A stretch of 64,000 bases of DNA from an uncultured Candidatus Binatia bacterium. GTDB taxonomy: Bacteria > Desulfobacterota > Binatia > Bin18. The position numbers and the translations under genes are program-made. The notes under the pieces are model-generated. The model was not told where the DNA came from, searched no databases, and saw only the letters and a program-made list of their open reading frames with translations. How positions within the stretch are numbered: position 1 is the first letter of the stretch; each line of letters opens with the position of its first letter. The DNA lies in the NCBI GenBank assembly GCA_965214605.1, contig OZ243961.1, forward strand, positions 32,001 through 96,000. Reading direction: 5' to 3'. Shown here piece by piece: positions 19,136-28,662 of the stretch.

Positions 19136-20293
19136 ATGACGACTGATCAGAGGCGGCGACAGACTGTTGCAGCGGGGCTCGTCGCGCTCCTTCAGCGTAC
19201 CCGTCCCAAGCTCCTCCGTTCGCTGGCTTCTCTGGCCCTGATCGATCGACGTCACATTGCCTGCGCTCTCACTACGGCCGACGGACAGGTCGTCACCATC
19301 GACAACCCGGCCCGCCTCGGCATCCTCGGTGCGGTCACCCGCGCGGTGTTAGCCTATTTCGGAGACAGGCTGGCACAGGGTGATATTGTCCTGACCAACG
19401 ATCCTTTTTCCGGCGGCAGCCACGTGCAAGATGTGGCGCTGCTCAAGCCCTTATTTGTCGGTGGCCGTCTGCTCGGCTATGCCACGCTTCAGGTCCCGCT
19501 CGCCGATATCGGCGGGAGCGCTCTGGGCGGCTATTTCCCTCGGGCCCGAGAAATCTGGGCCGAAGGCGTACGAGTCACGCCGATACGCCTGTACCGTGGC
19601 GGGGTGTTACAGCGGGATGTGCTGACTATGCTGACGCTCAACAGCCGCCTCCCGCATCTCATCGAAAAAGACCTAGACGTGCTAGTCAGTGCCTTGGAGT
19701 CATGCCAGAATGAGGTGGTCGGCCTGGTCTCCGAGCGTACTGCTGAGGCCTACGGTCAGGCGCTGCAAGACATTCTGACCAACACCGAAGGGCTAGTGCG
19801 GGCCGCGATCCGTACAATCGCCCCTGGGGAGTGGCAGGCCGAAAGTGAGCCGGTCCATTCGTGTTTGGAAGACAGCGAGTTTCGGGCTGTGCTCAAGCTG
19901 TCGGTTGCCGACGAAACGATCCGTCTCGACTTCAGCGGCAGCTCGGCCGCGGCCAAAGGGTTCGTGAACAGCACGCCAGCAACGGTCACGGCCGCGGTCC
20001 TCCTGCCTCTGACGGCCCTGTGGGCAGCAATTCCGGCAAATGACGGGCTGCTGCGTCCCCTGTCTTTTGTTATTCCAGAGCTCAGTTTTTTGCACGCCAA
20101 GCTCCCCATGTCAGTCGGGTGGTCTCCCTACCAGCCAAGTTTAGCCGTCGGACAGGTGGTGAATAAGGTCCTACAGCAGGCCCGGGCGGGACAAATTCCT
20201 GGCAGGCGGCTAGAGGCCGCGTTTGCCCCGCCGGCGCTGCCGTTTCGTATTATAGGCTGTGGCCGTCCGGGCTGTCCGTTTCCGCGGTTGTAA
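19136..20293 (+). CDS. Short, degenerate hydantoinase B-like subunit (385 aa)
   Basis: NDPFSGGSHVQD, DIGG, EIWAEG, LDFSGS; starts 1 bp after the HydA stop; lacks the C-terminal third of a normal B subunit. Confidence 0.8.
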   Translation: MTTDQRRRQTVAAGLVALLQRTRPKLLRSLASLALIDRRHIACALTTADGQVVTIDNPARLGILGAVTRAVLAYFGDRLAQGDIVLTNDPFSGGSHVQDVALLKPLFVGGRLLGYATLQVPLADIGGSALGGYFPRAREIWAEGVRVTPIRLYRGGVLQRDVLTMLTLNSRLPHLIEKDLDVLVSALESCQNEVVGLVSERTAEAYGQALQDILTNTEGLVRAAIRTIAPGEWQAESEPVHSCLEDSEFRAVLKLSVADETIRLDFSGSSAAAKGFVNSTPATVTAAVLLPLTALWAAIPANDGLLRPLSFVIPELSFLHAKLPMSVGWSPYQPSLAVGQVVNKVLQQARAGQIPGRRLEAAFAPPALPFRIIGCGRPGCPFPRL

Positions 20294-21126
20294 AGATATG
20301 AATACCGTGTAGATCGTTGAACGAGTATAGACCGAGCTCTCTGCCAAGATAGCGCTGAGGAGTGATACCGAGTGCTCTAGGGCCTTGGTCGCGAGTTGGC
20401 ACGGTTCAAGACGACCCATTCGACTCTTGGGGTGGTGATGAGATCAAGCATGCCCTCCTTGCTATCGAGATCATTTATGCTGGAAAGTTGACCGCGCTCA
20501 ATATCATGCCGCGACGTAAGTTCAGCACCTCGATGCTGGGATTGTGAAGTGAAAAAGCTCATTCAGCAGGGGAACGGAAAGGAGCCAAAAGGGATAACGA
20601 TTGATTATAATAGCCGTCTTCCCTGCAGGAAGGCGCTTGTCAAGGTTGGCTGAGATGGTGTGGACGTTGCCTGCTGCTCCCTTTTTGCCTTGCTGGGCAA
20701 ATGACGGTTGTGACCTCTATCCTGATGGACAGCGATTTCCTCACTTACGGCTTTGAATTGTACGAAGGAGGCAAAGGGCGCCAATCGGAGCGAGTATTGA
20801 GTATGCTGACCCATATGGAGAGGGTTCTGTTCGGTAGCGGCGAATGTACACGTATCCGACCCCGCTCAATTACAAGCTGAGCCTCTTCTCCCTTCGCCGC
20901 ATGCTTGTGATCAAACGGCGTGATTCGGCAGCGCTTACCAAATGCGAGGCGCGGTGTACTGACCGTAGTGTTAGAGATGACAAGTGCCGGAATTCTCTCC
21001 CCTGTATCGTGATTGACAACCCCACGAGTCGTTCTGCCCCTTTCAACGGGATATCCTTCGCGCCCGCAAGTCCCGCCGCCCAAAGCGGCCTACCGTAGCC
21101 GTGCCTCAACTGTCAGAATAATCCTC

Positions 21127-22075
21127 ATGGCAAAACTCATAGAGAGAGACTCTCCCTTTGCGGAACTCTCCCCACACAGCCGAGCGGGAATCTTGGCGCA
21201 AAGAGTCGTCCCGTCCTCTCTACTATACAAGTGGTGGGCGCGGGGAGGCTCGGTCTTCCGGGGTATGTCTTGGGGGCATGTCTGAAGGGTTGTGAGGATT
21301 TCTGGAAGCGCTTCTATAACAAGAATAGCTTTTTGAGCGTATTGTCCTCTTCGACCCTTTCATGGGGAGCGCGGTCGGCGAAGCGATGAAGCTCGACTCT
21401 CAAGTCGCAGGCCGCAATATAAATCGGTCGTCTACATCGTCTGTCAGGCGGCATTTTTCCGCTCCGCGGCCCCTGAAGTTCTCTCTGCGTATCGGCGTTT
21501 AGAGCGGGTGCACTGATGACGAGGGCAAGCGAGGTGTAAGACCCCAATCCTGAACTCTTCGCGACAAAGCTCACCGCGGTCTTGGCCGAGTGTAGCCGTG
21601 TCCTCGCCAACAACGGTCTGTCTCTTCTCACCTAGCATCACGCGCGACACGGGAGCTGTAGTCGATAGCGCGCTCAGACAGGCCGGGTTCCTCTGCCCCC
21701 CGATAAAGGCTGCGATGTCAGTGGCAATGCCTTTGCAGCAGGCTCCATCGCCAATCCACTGAGATCTGATTATGTCATAAGACCCGGAACGGAGCCGCAA
21801 ACGGCCGGGAGCCATAGCAGTCTGCAATTGACATAGGGAGGGAACAGGTCTCAAGACCGCGGTCAGCCGGTATGAAGGGGCCCCGCGGTGATGCGAAAGT
21901 CATTCGCATGGGAGGTGCGTTCTGTGCGAAGCCCGTACAATACAAGAGCGTGATCGGGAGGAGCGGTTTTTTGGCGAACTGGCCCGGCATCTTGATACGG
22001 ACGTCGCTCAGGTGATTTCTGCAAAAAGTGAAGTGCTCTATGTACTCTCGAAGGAGCTGCAACTGCTCCGGCTCC
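21127..22075 (+). pseudogene. DUF1156-type adenine-specific DNA methyltransferase relic (frameshifts, stops, large internal deletion)
   Basis: Fragments MAKLIERDSPFAELS / AERESWRKE..RPLYY / KWWAR.GSVFRG / VLFDPFMGS.VGEAMKL...GRNIN / EV*D...FATKLTAVLAECSRVL...T*HH / PIKAAMSVAMPLQQAPSPIH*DLI / GDAKVI. Confidence 0.8.
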
Positions 22076-22094
22076 TTCGCGTACATAGAGCACT
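22032..22094. repeat. Long imperfect inverted repeat
   Basis: agtgctctatgtac (22032-45) pairs perfectly with gtacatagagcact (22081-94); inner cgaaggagc (22049-57) pairs with gctccttcg (22071-79). Confidence 0.85.
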
Positions 22095-22374
22095 ACTGAG
22101 CTCCTTGAGGGAGGGCATACTCTCCTAAGCTCAGCGGCTCATCCTAAGCGCGCCCACCAGAGATTGATGAAAATTAAGGAGCTGACCTGAGGAGTTCGTT
22201 GGCATGCGCGGTTTTTCCGTTGCGTCGCGCAGAGGGATAACAGGCACGGGTGAGACGGTCGCCCGCGAGAGCTAGAAGTGGGCCTGCCCCTCACGTTTGC
22301 ACTTCTCAGTATCGAAGGTTAGAGTGAAAGAAGATAATTCCAAGCCTTGCCCGCTCTCCGAGGGAGTAGCATCT

Positions 22375-24114
22375 ATGGTCGACCGTATAACCGCTCTGGT
22401 GGTGAAAGATTCGCTGGAAGCGATTTCTGAGGAAATGAGCAAGACCGTGGAACGGACCGCGGTCCACCCACTATTTAACGAGGTCCACGACTATTCAACC
22501 GGAGTGTTCTTTTACGATGGGTACGATGTTCGCCTAGTTGCCCGGGCAACGGCTATTCCGGTTCATATCTTTGCCTCTATCCTGTCCGTCGAAGCGCTGA
22601 TGGACACCTTTCGTGATGACCTGCACGAGGGTGACGTGGTCATGGTCAACGATCCGTATTATGGCGGGACGCATCACGCCGACTGGACGGTCATGAAGCC
22701 CGTCTTTTTTGCCGGCAAGCCCGTGCTGTTTCCGTCCGTGCGCGCCCATATGGCCGATTTTGGCGGACCGGTGGCGGGCGGCTATAATCCTGAGGCCACG
22801 GATATTTGGCAGGAAGCTCTGCGTATTCCGCCCATCAAACTGTTTGAGAAAGGACAGCTCCGCGAAGACGTCTTAGACTGGATTCTGTCGAACTCACGTA
22901 TTCCAAAGGTGCTGCGGGGGGATCTGGCGGCCATGTTTGGGGCGTGTAATCTGGCCGAACAGCGCATTCAGGCCCTGTTTGCCAAGTACGGTGGTGAGGT
23001 GGTCAACGACAGTATTGAGTACACGCTAGATTACGCCGAAAAACGGTTCCGAGCCGAGGTCGCCAAGTGGCCCGATGGCAGCTATCGGGGGACCGCCGTC
23101 CTCGACCACGACAGCCTGGGCAACTATGATGTTGAGGTCACGGCGACAGTAGAGATTGAGGGCTCGGATTTGAGCGGCGATTTTACCGGATCGAGCCCCG
23201 AAACGCCGGGTTTTGTGAACAGCCCGTTTGGCAATACCGCGTCATGGGTCTATACCGCTCTGTGCTCGGTGTTGCCCGACGATATTCCGATCAACTCTGG
23301 TGTGTTCCGGGCGGTTCGGATTAGCGCTCCCGAGGGCACGGTGGTCAACCCACTCCCGCCCGCACCGTGTATGTTTAGTACTGTGGTCATTGGTGGCGAT
23401 ATCGGGACGGCAACGATGCGTGCCCTGGAGCAGGCGGTACCAAACCAAGCTGGAGCGGTGGCGCTCAACTACTGTTTGTGCACCACCTATGGACACGACT
23501 CGCGCTACAACTCGATGTTTGTCACCATTGAGTACGGCAATACCCTAGTGGCGGCGAGCGGCACTCAGGGGAGCGACGGCTGGGGGGGCTGGCCGGCACC
23601 GCTGTGTGGACTGATTTATTCCACGGTCGAGATGAGCGAGATTCAGTTTCCGTTTTTCTACCACCAGTACGAGTACGTCTCGGATACCGCCGCCCCCGGC
23701 CAGTGGCGCGGTGTGCCCGGCTTTGCCATGAAGCGGGAAAGTGTACGGGACGAATCAATCATTAATGTCGCCCTGACCGGGGTACGGCATACCTCGCCGG
23801 GCTATGTGGGTGGGAAAGACGGTGCCAGCAGCCGCTATGTACTCAACTGGGGAACCGAACACGAGGAGGAAGTTCTGGAATCGGCAGCCAATCGCCCCTC
23901 CCCGCCGGGCTCAATCATCGCCACCTTCAAGGGGGGCGGGGGTGGTTGGGGCGATCCGTTTCGACGCGATCCCCAAAAGGTCCTGGATGACGTCCTTGAT
24001 GAGTACGTTAGTGTCGAACAGGCGGAAAAAGATTACGGGGTGGTGATTGATCCTGATACGCTGGTCCTTGACCTGGAGGAGACCATTCGGCGGCGGGCGC
24101 AAATGGCGAAGTGA
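22375..24114 (+). CDS. Hydantoinase B/oxoprolinase subunit (full length)
   Basis: HDYS, PVH, NDPYYGGTHHAD, RAHMADFGG, GGGGWGDP..RDP..V..DV; RBS gagggag. Confidence 0.93.
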   Translation: MVDRITALVVKDSLEAISEEMSKTVERTAVHPLFNEVHDYSTGVFFYDGYDVRLVARATAIPVHIFASILSVEALMDTFRDDLHEGDVVMVNDPYYGGTHHADWTVMKPVFFAGKPVLFPSVRAHMADFGGPVAGGYNPEATDIWQEALRIPPIKLFEKGQLREDVLDWILSNSRIPKVLRGDLAAMFGACNLAEQRIQALFAKYGGEVVNDSIEYTLDYAEKRFRAEVAKWPDGSYRGTAVLDHDSLGNYDVEVTATVEIEGSDLSGDFTGSSPETPGFVNSPFGNTASWVYTALCSVLPDDIPINSGVFRAVRISAPEGTVVNPLPPAPCMFSTVVIGGDIGTATMRALEQAVPNQAGAVALNYCLCTTYGHDSRYNSMFVTIEYGNTLVAASGTQGSDGWGGWPAPLCGLIYSTVEMSEIQFPFFYHQYEYVSDTAAPGQWRGVPGFAMKRESVRDESIINVALTGVRHTSPGYVGGKDGASSRYVLNWGTEHEEEVLESAANRPSPPGSIIATFKGGGGGWGDPFRRDPQKVLDDVLDEYVSVEQAEKDYGVVIDPDTLVLDLEETIRRRAQMAK

Positions 24115-24220
24115 GCGCACGCGCGGCCGAGGGACAGGGGAAAGGGGGGGCGTTTTTCTCCCGCCCCTTCCAGGTGTCTGCTTGCATTGAACGCGTCTTA
24201 GGAAGGTGCCGGTCCCGAAT

Positions 24221-24341
24221 GGAGCGTCGTTAGAGCCTCGTCCACGGTTTGCCATTGTGGACCGGCAAGAGGAGCGCTGCCGTAAAGCCCTCTAATGACA
24301 TGAGGACAGTGGCTCAAAGAGGTCCCTGTTCTCATCGCTCC
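24221..24341 (+). ncRNA. Candidate structured RNA (unassigned)
   Basis: Nested stems found by eye: 24221-25/24337-41, 24226-35/24290-99, 24240-48/24254-62, 24263-67/24278-82, 24300-09/24326-35. All non-Watson-Crick pairs are G.U on the + strand. Confidence 0.3.
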
Positions 24342-24628
24342 GCTCAACTTGTGGGATTGCACCCGGTTTCATGTCCCACCTCTTCGGTAGCGCGCTGGCC
24401 TTGGTTCCTGGTACGGCGTTGCCTCATCTCCAAGGTGTCCCATGACTGGGCGCTGCGTCTGAGAAATTTTGGCGCAGAAACTGTCCATGGGATCCCATAT
24501 CCTATCACCAACAAGCACCTGCATCCTTATCACTGGAGGCGTAACGAAGAGGGGTGGATAGTTGGGGAGAAAATAGGCACACTGACATGAGCTTGTCGTG
24601 AGTCTGTCAAGAGAGGAAGGAGTGCGCA

Positions 24629-25768
24629 ATGCAATTTGGTCTTTTGTACGAGATGGAAACCCCCCGGCCGTGGAACAAATTGAGCAGCTATAACGTGTAT
24701 CACGAGGCCCTAGCCCAGGTGGAGCTGGCAGATAAAGTCGGTTTTGACTACGTCTGGGAGGTTGAACACCATTTTCTGGAAGAATATTCGCACAGCCCAG
24801 CCCCCGAGGTCTTCTACGGAGCCGTCTCGCAGCGGACCAAAAATATCCGGATCGCCCACGGCGTGCGTTTACTCCCCCATCGCTTCAATCATCCGATTAA
24901 GGTCGCCGAGCAGGCTGCCGTGCTCGACATTCTGAGTAACGGCCGGATGGACCTCGGCACCGGTCGCTCGACCACCGCTCAGGAGTTGGACGGATTCGGG
25001 GTTGATTATGAACGGACCCGCCTCGAAGTCCGAGAAGCGCTCGATGTGATTGTCAAAGCCTGGACGGACGAAATTCTCGAATACAAGGGCGAGACGATTA
25101 CGGTGCCGCCTCGGATGGTCGTCCCCAAGCCGATTCAGGATCCGCATCCGCCGATGTGGATGGCCTGTGTGGCCCCGGATAGCTACGAGATGGCCGCCAA
25201 TCGTGGGCTTGGCGTGCTCAGCTTCAACTTCAACTGGGAGCAGGTCCAGAAGACGGTGGATATCTACCGGACCGCCTGCCAGAATCCCAACGATGTGGTC
25301 AGCAAGGTCACTAACGACCGTTTTGCCGGGGTGGCAATCTGTCACGTAGCCGAGAACAAAGAGGAGGAGAAAGCTGGTATTGACGGAGCGCGGTGGTTCC
25401 TCCACCATGTCGCCAAGTTGTTTGAACCGCTGATGGTGAAAAACAATCTGTACTCCTACGAATACCTCCGCCAGCTGTTTGATCTGAACGAGGATGCCAA
25501 CGACCTCAGCGACCAACAGATCAAAGATCATCCGATGGTCACGGTCGGCAACCCGGATGAGGTGGCCCGCAAGCTCGAAAAATTTGAGCAGGGTGGACTC
25601 AACCAGGTGATCTTCTTCAAACAGGCCGGTCGGATCCCGCACCAGTACATTATGCGTTCCATCCGGCGTATCGGCGACCACATCATCCCCCACTACAACC
25701 CACACAGGAAGCTCGCGACCGATGTGGATCTCCGTTTTGCTGAACAGCAAGTGGCGGCAGCCAAATAG
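24629..25768 (+). CDS. LLM-class flavin-dependent oxidoreductase
   Basis: GFDYVWEVEHHF, HP..VAE..A.LDILS.GR, PKP.Q.PHPP; RBS aggag. Confidence 0.93.
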   Translation: MQFGLLYEMETPRPWNKLSSYNVYHEALAQVELADKVGFDYVWEVEHHFLEEYSHSPAPEVFYGAVSQRTKNIRIAHGVRLLPHRFNHPIKVAEQAAVLDILSNGRMDLGTGRSTTAQELDGFGVDYERTRLEVREALDVIVKAWTDEILEYKGETITVPPRMVVPKPIQDPHPPMWMACVAPDSYEMAANRGLGVLSFNFNWEQVQKTVDIYRTACQNPNDVVSKVTNDRFAGVAICHVAENKEEEKAGIDGARWFLHHVAKLFEPLMVKNNLYSYEYLRQLFDLNEDANDLSDQQIKDHPMVTVGNPDEVARKLEKFEQGGLNQVIFFKQAGRIPHQYIMRSIRRIGDHIIPHYNPHRKLATDVDLRFAEQQVAAAK

Positions 25769-25787
25769 TCCGTCTCGTATGAGTCGT

Positions 25788-25808
25788 GCCCGGACGTCGT
25801 GTCCGGGC
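25788..25808. terminator. Hairpin between convergent genes
   Basis: gcccggac-gtcgt-gtccgggc 8-bp stem; no U tract. Confidence 0.4.
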
Positions 25809-25817
25809 GGCTTGGGC

Positions 25818-26672
25818 TTACTGGACAACACTGGCGTTTGCAATCAGCACAACCGTATCATCCGGCTTGGCCAACCAGACAAAGGCGGCGGTTCTGCCAG
25901 GCTCGTCCTCGATCCGACCAAGCTCGACCCCGCGCGCAATGACCGTGTCATTTTCCCATACCGGGTTGGTAAATTTTACATCCATCCGGCCGCTGGTCCA
26001 CCAGGCGGCACCATAGTGCTCTTCAAGGATATGACCGGCATACGCCATTGTCATCCGTCCTCCGACCACCACATTGCGAAATCCCAGCTTCCGCGAGGCC
26101 TCACGATCAGTGTGGTAGTTAACGTCACCGCCAAAGAACCGATCACACATTTCTAGCGTAATCGTGCGCTTAAGCGGACCAAACGGCTGGCCCTGAGGGA
26201 CGGTAAACTTACGGGCGGCGGATTTTGCTTTTGGATCGCGGAACTGGAGTTCGCCAGAGTGTTGATCGAGCAGAAAGCTCTGGTGGTGTTGGCTGCGCAG
26301 GACAAGCTCACCCGCCGAATCACGGAGCTCTACGGCGTACTGCACGACCCGACGGTTGCGGCGCTGATAGATATCGGCAATGTAGCCGGTGGTCTCATAG
26401 TCGTGTCCGACCTCGAGCGAGGCAAAGAGTTCCCACTCTTGGCGCATCCACAGATGGCCAAAATGATTGCTGAAGCAGATTTGATCAAAGTAGCCGTTAT
26501 CCGAGCCGCTGGCCAGCATGGATGGCACCGCGGACATCTGGGGTGCCGAGGCGGCGAGGGCTAAGCCATGATAATAATCGTCCACTATATTTTGACTGAC
26601 GGGAAAGAGCCGACGCTCAAGCACTTTTCCTACATGGGGTTCGGGACTGGCCGTTCGAGTATGACTCATCAT
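25818..26672 (-). CDS. Double hot-dog MaoC-like dehydratase
   Basis: D.NYHTD...R.LGF...VVGG hydratase-2 motif, VKFTNPV; RBS ggagga before ATG 26672. Confidence 0.8.
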   Translation of the reverse strand: MMSHTRTASPEPHVGKVLERRLFPVSQNIVDDYYHGLALAASAPQMSAVPSMLASGSDNGYFDQICFSNHFGHLWMRQEWELFASLEVGHDYETTGYIADIYQRRNRRVVQYAVELRDSAGELVLRSQHHQSFLLDQHSGELQFRDPKAKSAARKFTVPQGQPFGPLKRTITLEMCDRFFGGDVNYHTDREASRKLGFRNVVVGGRMTMAYAGHILEEHYGAAWWTSGRMDVKFTNPVWENDTVIARGVELGRIEDEPGRTAAFVWLAKPDDTVVLIANASVVQ

Positions 26673-26814
26673 TCTCCTCCTTTCGGCGGCTCCCAATGTC
26701 TCAGAGAACGCTCCCGTGAGCAATGCCTTGAACCGGCTCTTTGGAGCGCGGGCCGATTCCAAGGCCGGGACGGCTTGCAAAACCGCACCGCTCGTGTTTG
26801 TGTGTCCCGTTCGT

Positions 26815-27513
26815 ATGCGGGACTCCCCTCTTGATACTGCCTCCTCACCCTGGTCGATCCATACCAGCCACGTTTTCTATTCCTTTTTGGCCGGTATTTT
26901 TCTCACCGCCCTGACCCTGGGTAATGTCGTTGGCATCACCAAGTTTGTTGAGCTGGGCTGGTTCGTCATTCCGGTCGGCCTGTTGGCTTATCCGTTTACC
27001 TTTCTGGCGACCGACCTGATTAGTGAACTGTACGGCCGCCAACGCGCCCAATCTTTGGTATGGGTCGGCCTAGGCATGAATATCTTCATGCTGTTCCTGA
27101 TGTGGTTTGGCCATACGCTGCCGGACGCTACCGGCGTGTCGGGCGCAACGGCGACGTTTGAGCAGGTGTACGCGTTTATGAAGCCGAATGTGGTGGCGTC
27201 GATGATTGCCTATTTGGTTGCCCAGTCGGTGGATGTTCAGCTCTTTCACTTCTGGAAGACGCTTACCGGGGGGAGGCATTTGTGGCTACGCAACAACGGC
27301 TCAACGCTGTTAAGCCAGCTTGTCGACACGGTCCTGATTTCGTCCGTCTTGTACGCGTCGGGTGGGATTGGGGAGGAGATTGACTCCGTTGCGAAGTTGA
27401 TCCCCCTGGTTTTATCGTCCTACGCGTTCAAATGTGTTTTTGCTGTGCTGGATACGCCGCTCTTTTATCTCGGCGTATACGTACTGCGCGACCGACTCTC
27501 CAGCCTTGAGTAG
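26815..27513 (+). CDS. Queuosine precursor transporter (YhhQ/Vut_1 family)
   Basis: YPFTFLATDLISELYG, ASMIAYLVAQ..D, HLWLRNNGST..SQLVDT, DTP; start position uncertain. Confidence 0.9.
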   Translation: MRDSPLDTASSPWSIHTSHVFYSFLAGIFLTALTLGNVVGITKFVELGWFVIPVGLLAYPFTFLATDLISELYGRQRAQSLVWVGLGMNIFMLFLMWFGHTLPDATGVSGATATFEQVYAFMKPNVVASMIAYLVAQSVDVQLFHFWKTLTGGRHLWLRNNGSTLLSQLVDTVLISSVLYASGGIGEEIDSVAKLIPLVLSSYAFKCVFAVLDTPLFYLGVYVLRDRLSSLE

Positions 27514-27522
27514 AAGTGGATC

Positions 27523-28194
27523 TCAGGCGTGTTTCTGGTCTGCCCATTTGTTGTAGCGTGTGATCCGCAGGCTGTCGGGCGTTTCGTGCAGACAGTAGGT
27601 GGTTGGGGTCCGAAACGTCGCTACCTTGAAGCGTCGCCGGGCTCTGGTCCACAAGTCGAGATCTTCTCCATAGTTCAGATCGCCAAACCCGCCTAGGGCC
27701 AGAAACACCTCCCGTTTGCCGAAGAGGGTGCCGCCAATAACACACTCGGACAGCCGGACCAGCCGTTGGGGATCGAAAAAGTCGACCGTCCAGTCTTTTC
27801 CCAGGACGCGGACGCCTCCCTGTACCAGGTCGAGATCATGGCGGCGTAGCAGAGTGAGCCGCGTTCCCAGATGCTGAGGGAAATACTCATCATCGCTATC
27901 CAAACAGGCGATATAGCGCCCGCGGGCGTGCTGAATGCCGAGATTACGAGCCGCACCGACTCCCCGATTATCCTGGTAAAGATAGCGAATCCGAGACGTT
28001 TTGCGACACCATTCTTGGACGACCTGAGCGGTGTTGTCGGTACTGCCATCGTCAACCACAACCAGCTCCCAGTCGGTGAAGATCTGGGCTAGGACCGAGC
28101 GAATGCTCCGGGGCAGTAAGGATGCCCGCTCAAACGTTGGCAAGATGACCGAGATGCACGGCGTGGGCGATGTTGAGCACATCTTCCCCTCCAT
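27523..28194 (-). CDS. Glycosyltransferase family 2
   Basis: ISVILPTFER, VVVDDGSTD, ARNLG, CLDSDD, GED. Confidence 0.92.
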   Translation of the reverse strand: MEGKMCSTSPTPCISVILPTFERASLLPRSIRSVLAQIFTDWELVVVDDGSTDNTAQVVQEWCRKTSRIRYLYQDNRGVGAARNLGIQHARGRYIACLDSDDEYFPQHLGTRLTLLRRHDLDLVQGGVRVLGKDWTVDFFDPQRLVRLSECVIGGTLFGKREVFLALGGFGDLNYGEDLDLWTRARRRFKVATFRTPTTYCLHETPDSLRITRYNKWADQKHA

Positions 28195-28662
28195 AATCGG
28201 TGTCCTTCTCTGACACTGCACTCTGATATCACAGTCCGGCTGGGATTGGGAGCGGAACGGCAGAGGTCAGGCTCCGGTGGGCGGGGCACACGGCTTGAGA
28301 ACATGCCTGTCCGGCGAAGTCGGCGGACTAGTTCTGGATCATAGGGACTTCGGCCGGAACTCTCTTGTCGCGGAGTTGCGGCCACTGCCCAGTTTTGGGG
28401 TGCTCTCCGAAGCCCCTAGCCTAGCGGAGATCGGTTCCTGCGAGACCAACTCCGAGGCCTGGGATATGGCACGAAAAGGCTCCGGGACAGGTTCTTTGCC
28501 CAAAGGGCGCCTTCCTCCACATCTTGGATACCGCCCATCGTCTTCTCCTTCTCTGGGCAGTCCCGGACAGCCCAACACAGCTTTACCGGTTTCCCTGACG
28601 CGGCAAATGTGATGCAATGCTGCGCGCGACGTATTCCGCACTGTTCTGAATGGAGGCATAGC

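Noticed and set aside
24201-24390. GGAAG start, ctcaaa and gtggg...cccac suggesting tRNA-Sec; partial c-di-GMP-I, twister and attC-like words
   Set aside because: The span is far too long for selC, and the TTCGA loop and CCA end are absent; the other consensus cores are incomplete or wrongly ordered.
26673-26815. preQ1 riboswitch upstream of yhhQ
   Set aside because: No short GGTTC-type hairpin with an A-rich tail is present.
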